Positions 39,067 to 51,706 of a stretch of 64,000 nt of DNA are shown piece after piece. The notes under the pieces were generated by a model. It worked only from the letters and a program-made list of their open reading frames with translations, made no database searches and was not told the origin of the DNA. A program made the position numbers and the translations under genes. Position 1 is the stretch's first letter; the number at the start of each line of letters is the position of its first letter. Source of the DNA: Macrostomum lignano (Eukaryota); contig NIVC01000378.1 of NCBI GenBank assembly GCA_002269645.1, positions 48,352-112,351 on the forward strand. The letters run 5' to 3'.

Positions 39067-40749
39067 AAGCACTGATATCGGTAGCAGCGCATATCACGCA
39101 GACTTTCTACTCGCTATTCTGTGTGCAGAGCCGCAGACTTCAGTGTTTGACTTCCTGCAGCTCCCCTCCCCACTACCCACTATAAACTTCTGCTTGATAA
39201 ATCGCACTCAGGCATCTAGGTATATAGTTAATATGGAGCGAGAGAAAGGCCCGTATCAGTGAAGGCTGGGTGCAGACTAGACCGCATCTGCTGAGCAGTG
39301 TCTGAGTCCTCAATCCCCATACTCGTACTACAGCCCTCTTTATCGTGCAACCGATGCCCCCCAAGCCCAGGTCAGCCGCAGCGCCGCCTCAGATTTCCAT
39401 CTGAGCAATGCTGTTTTCCGAGCACTCCTTTCCGATCTCAGCTCACTGTGCATTAGCTGCTAGTTATCGAGTTGTTGAAACAACATTCGACAATTTCTGT
39501 CTTCAACTTCCAAAAAACAGGATGTATAATCATGCAGTTGGTTCATTTTTTCCATACAGAAATTTCCACCAATGGATGGCGCTGATGGATATGACGAAGG
39601 CGCGTTCATGTTTATCTTCAGGCTGAGAGCAGCTTATAAAGAGAGAGAAAGAAAGAGAGATGCAGAACACAGGAAAGAGAAAAATAGGACCTTTGACACA
39701 GGAGGCATACAGTAGGGGCCCCGGCCTCTCTTTTGACCGATGCACCGCACCCCAACTCAACACAAGAAATTGGGGATGGGGTGGGGGCAGAGTAAAAAAC
39801 TGACGAAGGGAAGCTGAGAAGGAGATGGGGAAGAAAAAGAAGAGAAGAGAGAGAGGGGGGAGGGGGAAAAGAGAACTACCGAGTATGGGATTTGGCTACT
39901 CATCCCCTGCCCGCCATCCACCCCATCAAAGCAGAGTTTGCCAGTCCTAGCATAGCTACCTCCTTTAATACTTACGGTACTTTTTCTTTCTGCAGAGCTC
40001 CAAAACCCGCCTCTCATTTCTAAGTTCCAAAAAATCTTCTGCTTTCCCCTTGTGCCTGTCTGCCTGCCTGCCTACTCGTTCGGTTTGTTCTCCCGCTCGC
40101 AAGATAGAAACACATTGAGGGACTAAGTTTGCAACTATTGCTGACCCCATGAAACTGAAACTGACAGAGTAACGAGTATAAAGCAGTCAAAATTCGTCGC
40201 AAACTTTTTCTGTAGTTGACAACATCCGCAACCTGCAGCTACCGTAGCTCCGCTTGAGTCTAGACTCGAGACAGATGAGCGACAGGAGCCAATTAATAAG
40301 GCGGAGAGAGAATAAGGCCGAGATTGGCTCGCTACCCGGTACTCCTTTCGAGAGGGATGGGATGCTTCATCTAAAGATAGGAGACGCATGCAGCTGGCAG
40401 GACCAGCGGGGATTAAGAGGGGAAGCGTGATGAGGCATCGGAGAAAGTAAGTTGGCAGTGCGGTCAGGCAGGTGCAGGTGGCTGCGGGCTGCTCAAGGGG
40501 CTCCCCTGGGGGGAGGAGACAAGTGGGAATCGGGAGGATTCCGAGAAGGGACAAGTTTCGCAGAAGTTGAAGAGGAAGGATCTGTCAGGGCTTGAGCTGT
40601 ACAAATCCCCAGACTTGGGCAATCAGTCAGGCAATGATAGAGTCGATGACTGTGGAGCCCTATCAACTATCCAAAGCCAAACTATTACGATGTCGCCAGG
40701 GGTCACCAAAGTACACAATTAGCCTAGGATAGAAAAGTGCAAGTCTCAC

Positions 40750-40921
40750 AAGATGAAGTCTTGCTCCCAAGTAGGCGCCAGGCCGCGCACTGTAGTCGTG
40801 GTGGATTTGGCGCCTAGCAACCGAACTACAACATAAGCGCTGGCATTATGCTGCCCCAGGGACTGATGCTGCTGTAGTTGCTGCTGCTCGATCGCGGAAG
40901 CGGCAATGATGGCTCGACGGA
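40750..40921 (-). CDS. unc-13: unc-13 exon 2, first half of C2A domain
   Basis: TTTTCTCAG| ... |GTGAGA, 172 nt. Translates VRRAIIAASAIEQQQLQQHQSLGQHNASAYVVVRLLGAKSTTTTVRGLAPTWEQDFI(F), versus Munc13 [31 protein letters not shown]. Confidence 0.93.
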
Positions 40922-41778
40922 CTGAGAAAATGTTTAGTATTTATTTTTCTGTTTGAAATGGCACTTTGATTCGTTGATTTTTTAAATAGTTAAGATTTTT
41001 CTACATGCTCAACAAACTTAAAACTTGCATGCTCATTGTCTTATAATATCCCATTTCTAATGCTTGGCATAAAAAATAGTAATGGTAGTTAATAATTGAA
41101 CTTCTCTTATATAGTTATATGAGAAAAGAATCTTTTTTCTAAAAAGTTTTTACCATTATTTTGAAAACAAAATTGTACTTGAAAAAAACTTTTTGGTCTT
41201 ACGAGTGTAACTAAACATTGCATTGTATATTGTATAAACTTTATTTCATTTCTTAAACAACTAAATTTGATCAAAATAAATAATTAATATAAGATTAAAT
41301 ACAAATGAATATATTTAATTTTCAAATGAAGTAAGCAAATAATATATAGAAAATATAATCCAAATGGCTTTAGACTATAAGTTGAGTGAACTCATTTTTA
41401 ACTCAATCGAACTTACGTTTTCTTAAATCTTGAATTAAAGTTTTTTAGAGCAATCGAGTCAATTTTTTGAATTCTTAAGCTAAATATTATTAAAAGAGCC
41501 GCTGTTGCCATTAAAATATGGAGACTCAGGAGAAACGGTTCTTAACTAAAACAATTGTTCACATTGACAGCTTTCATATCTTCTGTAAGTATTTACCTCA
41601 GTGGACACTGTATTAAATGTGAAATCTAATTTAGCTTAATACAAAGTGGGACGAAAATATCGAAAGTATTTCTCTGCTCCAGTAAAAATATCGTTTAGTT
41701 AGTATTATAATTCTCCTAGCTCAATGAGAAAAGTAAAACAAGCAAAACTGTATTTGAACATATACCGGTATGGCTTAC

Positions 41779-41800
41779 CACAAACGCATATCAGAGTCAT
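41779..41800 (-). CDS. unc-13: unc-13/Munc13 coding exon 1 (MTLICVC-)
   Basis: Reverse strand reads ATGACTCTGATATGCGTTTGTG|GTAAGC: 22 coding nt, phase 1. Matches the Munc13 start MSLLCVG-V and joins in frame to the next exon (G+TC = V). Confidence 0.85.
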
Positions 41801-42543
41801 GATGGAAGAAGCTTTGATACGCTGCACACCTCGTGCGCTTGAAGCATTTTGACTTATGTAGAGGTTTTTGGCATGTGTTGCGAGTTGAGTGAGGTAAGAA
41901 AAAATAGCAATTTAGGTTGCAAGCAAGCCCCAAAGTCTGGAGAAGCTATAGCTCACAATTTAAAATTGTCCAGTGGCACACTTATCGTCTTAAGATATTC
42001 ACATAGCTAATCTAATCAGAGTTTTTTGCGTTTTTTAATTTTAATTATCATAAAAATGCTGACAATTAACATTTTTACACAAAAGAGATACATGAAATAA
42101 CGACATGTTGTTTAATTTTACCACCAAAACTATTTCAAACCCGGAAAACAATTTTGCTATTATACCGATTATACTGGAATATTGATTTGGCAGAAATATT
42201 TTTAATCCACTCAGAACAACAGCTTGAATCAGTTTGGGAATTCATGGGGCTTGCATGCGTTTTAGGTATTGTAAAATATGCGCGTCTTAATCCGATTTTC
42301 CCGAGAGAGAAACCAAGCGGAATTTCCTGGAAGAAAGAAACTATATATAAACTTGCTCTTTATGCCAAATTAGCTCGTAGTTAGTATGTGAGTTTATCCC
42401 AGAACGCAGGACCGATTCAAATAAAAAGTATTTGGTACTATCTATCTATTTATCTATCTATTAAAATACCTCTGCTATGCATAGTTGGATGAATGCTAGT
42501 AGTGTCAATTCGGGGTAATTAATTGCTAATTTGCACGACTATT

Positions 42544-45346
42544 CCCGATCAAAAAGAAGTTGTCTTAAGACGTCTTAGAATTGTCTTAAGATGGCTAAAG
42601 ACACCTCAAGACAATTTCAAGATATCTTCCACTTTGCTTCCACAAGCTATCTTGATAAAGTTGTCTTGAAGATGACTTGAAATTGACTTTTATGAGATGT
42701 CTTGTTGAAGACATCTTTAAGACATCACCTTAAAGACTAAAAATTTACATAAACAACTGTTTCTACTGTAAGTAGGAAGTTTCAGATACAAATTTATCCA
42801 GATCGTTAAAATCAATAAAAAATAAAACAAGCAACTATTGTGACATTTATCTAAAAATTTTGTTGTATTGTAGTCTGTGGAAGGTGTGCCTATTATTAAA
42901 AATCCTTTACGCTTTTGGAGTGCAATTATATGCAATTTTTTGTATTGAGTCGTTACAAACTTTGAGACAAAGTTTAACTACAACAGTTTTGATTGGAGCA
43001 AATATATTTACAAAATTCTAAACAGCTAAGCATTAAAAAAGACAAAGTTGCAATATATATCGGTAATGCTTTTGTTAAAAACAGCTAAAATCAATATGGC
43101 GGAACGACATTTTTAAAAAGGACTAAAAGACAACCTTGTGACCGTGAAGGCCGCCTAATTGTCGAACACTTGCTTCTATCTTTTGTGATAAGTTTCAATT
43201 TTTAATTGGCTGCTATAGCCTATATAGATTTCTGGTGTAAGCCCTACCCTAGATTTATCTTTACTTAATGCGATAGTGTATTACTATTCGTGATGATACA
43301 TCTACTATCCTCAAAGTCAAATTAGACCTTCTTAGTAGTATTTTTTACTAATTCTTCCTTGGATAGCTTCTAGGATTGTATTTCATATTCTAGTGCCAGG
43401 TGCCAGCAAAAAATCCAGATTGGCCAGAAATGTTTTTATGCAATAGGCAATTGGGATGCTATGTAACATCCTGACTTAAAAATTACAATTTTAAATTGGA
43501 CCTTGGATGCAATGTTTTTTTAGTTACGCCTAGGGCCTACTGCATATCTATTGCTATGCCTAGCACTAGTAAGCACTAGTTAACTAATGAATAGTCATGT
43601 TTACATTTTAAGTTAGGCCTTAAAAGATTCTTGCAACTCACTACACATGTACTAGGCCTAAAACTAAAAATATATGATTTATTTACTTCTGGCTTTTTAA
43701 AGTCAAAGTTTTATAGATAGTTGTTGAATTGGCTTATTAGGCTATTTTGTTCTCTTGTAGGCCTCTTAGCCTTAGATAGGCCCTAGCTTCTTCCTTAGGC
43801 CTAAATAGTTTTTGTTTTGATTTTTATGTCAAAAGTAATAAATAATTTCCATGAGCCTATAGCTAGGTTTATTTTTTATATGTAGAGTGTGTATATGCAC
43901 TTTTAATTTAAAATTGTACCCAGAAATTGAAAATTGCAATTTAGGGACAGTCTTATAACCTGTTTTTCTGTTAAACTTGAAGCCTCATTTGCATTGCCCT
44001 AAATCTAAAATAAGAAAAATAAAAAAATTTGCACTTTGAGCCTTAAAATTGCACTATAAAAATGAGTATAGAGTGCACTTTTGTACCTTGTCTCTGGCAA
44101 AAAAGAAAACCTTGGCCTATAGGCCTTTATATGTTGCTTCCTCTTTGCCTTTATTATTGGCTAATGGCATATATATGATGTTTTCAATATATCAATATTT
44201 TGAATATTAGGCCTAGTCATTAGTGCTTTTTTCTTGGCTAGGCCAATGAAAATTTAAATAAGAAATAGATATAGCCTTATAATTTAATATTAGGCCTATA
44301 TCACATTCAAAAATTGGATTAGGCCTAATAGAGAATAAATAGAGTTGGTATGCCAGAAGTTTTATATAAAATTGATATTCTAATCTTTTTATTTTGCTTT
44401 GAGATTAGGCCCTAAGCTTTAGCCTATGTATTTAAGCCTAAGGCAAAGGTATTGTATAATACACTTGTGTGAATATATAGTAGGGGCCTAGGCAATTTAT
44501 TTATTAGATTTTTAAAGTATATTAGTAAAATAATCTATTATTTATTATTTATTGTTTTTTACTTATGAATTTTAAATTATTTCAGCCTAACAACCTATAA
44601 ACTATAACCTTTATTAAACTTATCCTTTTCAGCCTTATCAACACATGCTATCCATCATAGTGGAAGCTAACCTGGATCTTGAATCTTCCTGGATTGAGCC
44701 AATTCTAAACTAGTAGTTGGCTAGCAAAGGATCAATTTACAGCAAGTTTTCCACCAAGCAATGAGCAACTTAGTCATTATTGCATTAACCAAGTATTTCC
44801 ATGCAATGACTGGGTATGATGCATTATAAAATTATACACTTGCACTTGAGTATTTTTGCATTTTTATTTAGTGTATTTTAACTTGTTTTTGATTCACCAT
44901 TTTATTGCTTCTGTGACTTTTAAACTGTGTCTTTTATAAAATGAAAATATAAATCATAAATAATAAATTACATTGAACCATGTTTAGAAGCCTACTAAAT
45001 AGCTTCTCTTTCATATCAATATTGCCTGAAACGAAACAAAAGAGTGCTGTAATATTTTTAGTCATTTTTCTTTTAAACAACTGTGATTGCAATGGCAACA
45101 GCATTTCTTAAATGATCTTGGGCAAGACGTCTTCTGCAAGTCATCTGGAAGATGTCTTTAAGTAGATTTTAAGATGTCTTGAAGATGTCTGAAGACGTCT
45201 TTAAGTTATCTCTAAGTTGTCTACAAGTGTTGCAAGGAGCCAATTTTTAGACCGAAATAAGTCAATTGTAAGATGTCTTGAAGACATCTTTCTGTCTTAT
45301 GCAAGGCATCTTTAAGACATAATTAAGCCAACTTTTTTTGATCGGG
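42544..45346. mobile_element. non-autonomous DNA transposon, EnSpm/CACTA(CMC)-like
   Basis: TIRs CCCGATCAAAAAGAAGTTG / CAACTTTTTTTGATCGGG, 2-bp TT duplication, many subterminal AAGA(C/T)(G/A)TCTT palindromes at both ends, AT-rich non-coding interior. Confidence 0.8.
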
Positions 45347-46324
45347 TTAATAAGTTATATAATTCGTAAATATCGTATAGTAAGTACCATGCATATATTG
45401 GTTTTGCCTTCGTCTATTCTAACGCGCGAAAACATAAAAATCAAATTTAATTCATCATTTATATACATGTGCGTGCCATCATCAGCTCATATTAATTCAT
45501 ACTATAACTATATGACAGCTTTGTAATTTTGCATCATACTGTAAAATCAGAGCTGTAGAGATGCGTGCGCATTCTGGGATGAAGCGGAATTGAAAAACGT
45601 TGCTGATTTATTCATACTTCGTAGTCTCTTTTTTAACCAAGCTTACATGCATGTAGATTGTCTTGAAGAGAATCGGCAGCTCCGAATGTTGGAAGGAGTG
45701 TGGAGCTTTAATCAAGTCAACTGAGCTGAAAGGTTAAATATTAAAAAAAGCTAAAGCCACCATGGATTTTAGCTACCAAGTCTCTCGGCAAGTATAATTA
45801 ATAAATCATGTCAAGAGATTTTCTGTCAACTTCTTCAAGGATTAATCCTTCTAGCTACTGAAAATTAAGCAGCGCGGCCCGCCGGGTAGATGATGGTTAC
45901 AACGGAGTAAAAATTAATTAAAATTTGAGTCGAATACTTTTACGACGCAAGCACAGCTACAGAAGGTATGCATGCGCACTTAAGACGTGTTTTTAGAAGA
46001 AAAAATCAATCAACAGAATAAGTGGTACTATCGTTAACCAAAAACGAATTGATTAAGCCCCAAAAAAGAAAAAGATCTGAAAGCCTTGCAGATTGACCAT
46101 CTTTCACCAATCAGGGGCTTGGGGAGTTGCACCAGGTGCCCGCAGCCGTGCTGCAGTATTAATAATAATATTTTTATTAAAATTTGCCCAATGTTAAGAA
46201 GCTCTTGTGTTGGCAGAGTGCCCCAGTCATTCAGACTGCCTGAGATACCTCATGAGCTTCATAGAGCAGGTTACAATTGCTCGTGTCTATTTCACGGAAA
46301 ATGTGAAATGCCTAATGGGCTTAA

Positions 46325-46545
46325 GTGCCCATACTGATGAGCAATCAGTGCCCATACTGATGAGCAATCAGTGCCCATACTGATGAGCAATCAGTGCCCA
46401 TACTGATGAGCAATCAGTGCCCATACTGATGAGCAATCAGTGCCCATACTGATGAGCAATCAGTGCCCATACTGATGAGCAATCAGTGCCCATACTGATG
46501 AGCAATCAGTGCCCATACTGATGAGCAATCAGTGCCCATAATGAT
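46325..46545. repeat. 23-bp minisatellite
   Basis: GTGCCCATACTGATGAGCAATCA, about 9 copies. Confidence 0.96.
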
Positions 46546-47014
46546 GATACAAATGAGAAAAAAATATATAAATGAATGAATTAAATTCTACAGTTTTCAT
46601 GTTTAATGAATTTAGCTTCAGGGCAAATGTACCAAAATAGAGTCTTAAAATGTGCCACACTCGCTCGTTAGGAAGAGGATTTCAAATCGGGCTCAGTCTG
46701 TATACGCAATTTATTTTCTATGAAATGAAAGCAAACCTAAACGATTATTTCTATATTTTCCTTTCAATAGGCTTATAAAAAATTCTAAGGTAATAATTGC
46801 TTCCCCAAAGATAAACATAGCCGCTTTAGAGTTAACTGATGCGAGGGGTCGATATTGTTCATTTATGCTGCGAAACGTCCTTTGAAAACAATTCAACTGC
46901 TGAATGACTGTCGTACAGTCAGAAAATAGAAAGTATTCTAAACAATCACACTGCACTGACGTGTAGTCATGTGTAGTACTGTCGCACAGAGACTGACTGA
47001 TGGGGAGGGGGATA

Positions 47015-47780
47015 GGGAGTGTCTCATGGGGAATGACTCATGGGGAATGACTCATGGGGAATGACTCATGGGGAATGACTCATGGGGAATGACTCATGGG
47101 GAATGACTCATGGGGAGTGACTCATGGGGAATGTCTCATGGGGAATGTCTCATGGAGAATGTCTCATGGGAAATGTCTCATGAGGAGTGTCTCATGGGGA
47201 GTGTCTCATGGGGAATGACTCATGGAAAATGTCTCATGTGGAGTGTCTCATGGGGAGTGTTTCTCATGGCGAGTGTCTCTCCTAGGGAATGTTTCATGGG
47301 GAATGCCTCATGGGGAATGTCTCATGAGGAGTGACTCATGGGGAGTGTCTCCAAGGACCACTAGAAGTTACCATAAAAGTTGAAGGCAAGTACCGATAAA
47401 TACACGTAAACAAGCGGGCCTTCAAATAATTTTGCAATATTTACGAGTGTTGCGTCCTGATACATTGCGTCTCATGGGGAGTGTCTCATGGGGAGTGACT
47501 CGGGGAGTGACTCATGGGGAGTAACTCATGGGGAGTGTCTCTCATGGGGAGTGTCTTATGGGGAGTGACTCATGGAAAGTGTCTCATGAGAGTGTCTTAT
47601 GGGGATGTCTCATGGAGAATGACTCATGGGGAGTGACTCATGGGGAGTGACTTGCATGTATTGGGAGTGACTCATGTGTAGTATTGTCTCACAGGAAGAG
47701 AGTATAGAGATGTGTAATAGAGAGGGACTCATAGGAAGTGAATCATTTGGAGTGAAACATGGGGAGTGACTCGTAAAGAT
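47015..47780. repeat. 14-bp minisatellite in two blocks
   Basis: GGGGA(A/G)TG(A/T)CTCAT. Confidence 0.92.
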
Positions 47781-48504
47781 ACGATCATAGCTGGTGACTT
47801 AAACGCTCTCAGCATTTAATTAGGCAGCTGTGGATAAGAGTGACTTCTGGAGAGTGACTGAGTTAAATGCTGTAATCAAAAGGAAAATAGAATGCAAAAT
47901 TAGAGTACCATATATAGTTGAATGCATCTTTCAAATAACTCATAAAATGGATCTTCGCAGTCAAGCCAATTAAACTAATTGGTTTAAACTGCACTCTTTA
48001 GTTGTAACGATAGATCCAAAAATATCGACTGTTTTTGATTATCGAACAAAATTTCGAATCGTTTTTCTAGCTTATTAAAAATGAAACTGACAGAAAAAAA
48101 CGTTTAATGGGATTAATTTTAAACGAAAAACGATTACGCATCTATCTAAAGCAAAATCCTATATCTGTGTGATGGATTTTTTTAAAAACAGCTCAACCGA
48201 TTTTCACCTAATTTGCACCATTCGATCACAAATTGTCAGCAATCGGTATGGTTAAAATTATTAGTGTCTACGCCATTTCCAAGTGCAGTTAAAATTTAAA
48301 AAAACTGTATTTTTACCATCTAAATAGTGTATTCTTCTGGCAGTCAGGGCTCAATATGTCTATGGCCATAGACTAAACTTCAATTCAACTTCTTGAGGTG
48401 ATGCTACGAGCTATAAATAATTAAATACGAGTGCACTTTAAAAGTATTGAATTATTGCGCCACTATGTATATAGTATATGCAAGGGAGAGAGAACTGCTC
48501 AGTG

Positions 48505-50555
48505 GCTGCTTGCTGTCTGGGGGATGCTTGCTGTCTGGGGGATGCTTGCTGTCTGGGGGATGCTTGCTGTCTGGGGGATGCTTGCTGTCTGGGGGATGCT
48601 TGCTGTCTGGGGGATGCTTGCTGTCTGGGGGATGCTTGCTGTCTGGGAGATGCTTGCTGACCGGGGGATGCTTGCTGTCTGGGGGATGCTTGCTGTCTGG
48701 GGGATGCTTGCTATCTGGGGGATGCTTGCTATCTGGGGGGATGCTTGCTGTCTGGGGGATGCATGCTGTCTGGGGGATGCTTGCTGTCTGGGGGATGCTT
48801 GGCTGTCTGGGGGATGCTTGCTATCTGGGGGATGCTTGCTATCTGGGGGATGCTTGCTGTCTGGGAGATGCTTGCTAACCGGGGATGCTTGCTGTCTGGG
48901 GGATGCTTGCTGTCTGGGAGATGCTTGCTTGCTGTCTGGGAGATGCTTGCTAACCGGGGGATGCTTGCTGTCTGGGGGATGCTTGCTGTCTGGGGGATGC
49001 TTGCTATCTGGGGATGCTTGCTATCTGAAGGATGCTTGCTGTCTGGGGGATGCTTGCTGTCTGGGGGATGCCTGCTGTCTGGGGGATGCTTGCTGTCTGG
49101 GGGATGCTTGCTGTCTGGGGGATGCTTGCTGTCTGGGGGATGCTTGCTGTCTGGGGATGCTTGCTGTCTGGGGGATGCTTGCTATCTGGGGGATGCTTGC
49201 TATCTGGGGGATGCTTGCTGTCTGGGGGATGCCTGCTGTCTGGGGGATGCTTGCTGTCTGGGGGATGCTTGCTATCTGGGGGATGCTTGCTATCTGGGGG
49301 ATGCTTGCTGTCTGGGGGATGCCTGCTGTCTGGGGGATGCTTGCTGTCTGGGGGATGCTTGCTGTCTGGGAGATGCTTGCTTGCTGTCTGGGAGATGCTT
49401 GCTGTCTGGGGGATGCTTGCTGTCTGGGGGATGCTTGCTGTCTGGGGGATGCTTGCTATCTGGGGGATGCTTGCTATCTGAAGGATGCTTGCTGTCTGGG
49501 AGATGCTTGCTGTCTGGGGGATGCTTGCTGTCTGGGGGATGCTTGCTGTCTGGGGGATGCTTGCTGTCTGGGGGATGCCTGCTGTCTGGGGGATGCTTGC
49601 TGTCTGGGGGATGCTTGCTGTCTGGGGGATGCTTGCTGTCTGGGGGATGCCTGCTGTCTGGGGGATGCTTGCTGTCTGGGGGATGCTTGCTGTCTGGGGA
49701 ATGCTTTCTTGCTGTCTGGGAGATGCTTGCTGACTGGGGGATGCTTGCTGTCTGGGGGATGCTTGCTGTCTGGGGGATGCTTGCTGTCTGGGGGCTTGCT
49801 GTCTGGGGGATGCTGCTGTCTGGGGGATGCTTGCTGTCTGGGGGATGCTTGCTGTCTGGGGGATGCTTGCTGTCTGGGGGATGCTTGCTGTCTGGGGGAT
49901 GCTTGCTGTCTGGGGGATGCTTGCTGTCTGGGGATGCTTGCTATCTGGGGGATGCTTGCTATCTGGGGGATGCTTGCTGTCTGGGGGATGCCTGCTGTCT
50001 GGGGGATGCTTGCTGTCTGGGGGATGCTTGCTGTCTGGGAGATGCTTGCTTGCTGTCTGGGAGATGCTTGCTAACCGGGGATGCTTGCTGTCTGGGGGAT
50101 GCTTGCTGTCTGGGAGATGCTTGCTTGCTGTCTGGGAGATGCTTGCTAACCGGGGGATGCTTGCTGTCTGGGGGATGCTTGCTGTCTGGGGGATGCTTGC
50201 TATCTGGGGGATGCTTGCTATCTGAAGGATGCTTGCTGTCTGGGAGATGCTTGCTGACTGGGGGATGCTTGCTGTCTGGGGGATGCTTGCTGTCTGGGGA
50301 ATGCTTGCTGTCTGGGGGATGCTTGCTGTCTGGGGGATGCTTGCTGTCTGGGGGATGCTTGCTGTCTGGGGGATGCTTGCTGTCTGGGGGATGCTTGGCT
50401 GTCTGGGGGATGCTTGCTATCTGGGGGATGCTTGCTATCTGGGGGATGCTTGCTGTCTGGGAGATGCTTGCTAACCGGGGATGCTTGCTGTCTGGGGGAT
50501 GCTTGCTGTCTGGGGGATGCTTGCTGTCTGGGGGATGCTTGCTGTCTGGGGGATT
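48505..50555. repeat. 18-bp minisatellite
   Basis: GGGGGATGCTTGCTGTCT, over 100 copies. Confidence 0.97.
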
Positions 50556-51449
50556 GCTTGCTACATTACATCAGTATTAAAATTATTGCATTCTTTCTTT
50601 GCTCCCCAATGGGGGGCGTAGATTGTTGTTCACTCTAGAGCCACAAGTTAAGCGCTAAACGCGACTTTAGAAAATTGCTTTGGAAAATTTATTTCCACAG
50701 CTTCGTCGTCACTTTAACAACAATCGAAGGAGAGATTCTTGGAAAAAACGTCAATTTTGAAAAGGTCGGTTTTGTTATGTCCAGCGATTGTGACCCGGAT
50801 GGCATGTTCGATTGTATGCGGAGATGTCTGAAGATCTCCAGGTGTAGGTTAATGAGCTAGAAGGTGTTCGAAGCGTCGGTACTCACGGACCTAATGATTT
50901 CGCATCCATCTGTCGAATGACATTAAATAACATTTAAACACTGAATAACTATCAGATAACAGGATGTTGCTTTTTTGTCGATTTTATTGGACTGGGCTGC
51001 TTAATACATGTGCTTGATGCGTGTTTCACTATCCATCATTTTTTTAATCATTTCAAAATGTTCAATCGATTTTAAAAATTAAGCAACCCAAGCCAAATCA
51101 CACGGTCTCATTGCAAAAATGTACCATCTACAAAAAAAACAAGTTTACAAAAACAATTTGTTATTTTCTCGTGCAAGCGGATTAGCATGCGTTCCAGGCA
51201 GCTGGATAAACAAGACTCATATCATGTTTCTCGTCTCAGGGATTTTTTCCGAATTGAAAACCCGACCTGCGACGCGAGGCAGAACCGTGAAAGATTTTAA
51301 ACTAGAATGGCGTCCTGAATGAACAAGTGCAAGTAATAAATCACGCTTTTAGGGAGATTGATGCTTTTTTTACTTTTAACTTCAAGAGAACTTAATTTAC
51401 AAAGATCTTAGAGTTTTTGAAGATCTGTTTCAGTTCTACGGAATGGAAA

Positions 51450-51706
51450 GGGGGTTGCAGCCCAGTGGTTAGAGAATCGGACTCACGACTTGAAGGTCGG
51501 GGGTTCGATTCTCGATCCCACTGGAACAATGTGTCCGTGATCCAAGACACTTAACTCTGCATTGCTTCAGTTCACCCAGCTGTAAAATGGGTGCCAGCAT
51601 TAGCTGGGGTAATTGAGGGTGTGTGTGGCGACCCCTCAGTTCTTGAACTGAACAGCCGTACGCAGCCCTTAGATGCAATAGCTTCCGAAAATATTATTAC
51701 TGTTAT
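51450..51706 (+). mobile_element. tRNA-derived CORE-SINE
   Basis: A box GCAGCCCAGTGG, B box GGTTCGATTCT (51502-51512). 51530-51591 CAAGACACTTAACTCTGCATTGCTTCAGTTCACCCAGCTGTAAAATGGG aligns with the MIR CORE (CAAGTCACTTAACCTCTCTGTGCCTCAGTTTCCTCATCTGTAAAATGGG). TATTATTA tail. Confidence 0.85.

Noticed and set aside
40135-40554. Minus-strand ORF starting MSLL, like Munc13
   Set aside because: TTG start, no C2 similarity; the true first exon is at 41779-41800.
46270-46545. Tandem CTGATGAG with an upstream ATGGGC/GCCCAT hairpin, suggesting hammerheads
   Set aside because: No stem II-GAAA after CUGAUGA in any unit and no valid NUH/stem I register; at most a relic.
48431-50580. 547-611 aa Cys/Gly-rich ORFs
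   Set aside because: 18-bp minisatellite read in several frames.
50675-50860. Short Cys-containing ORF with an acceptor at 50700, vaguely PAN/apple-like
   Set aside because: No linked exons and no recognisable motif beyond Cys spacing.
51450-51520. tRNA gene (also 61675-61740)
   Set aside because: A and B boxes are present but there is no closed cloverleaf or T-run terminator; both continue into SINE bodies.
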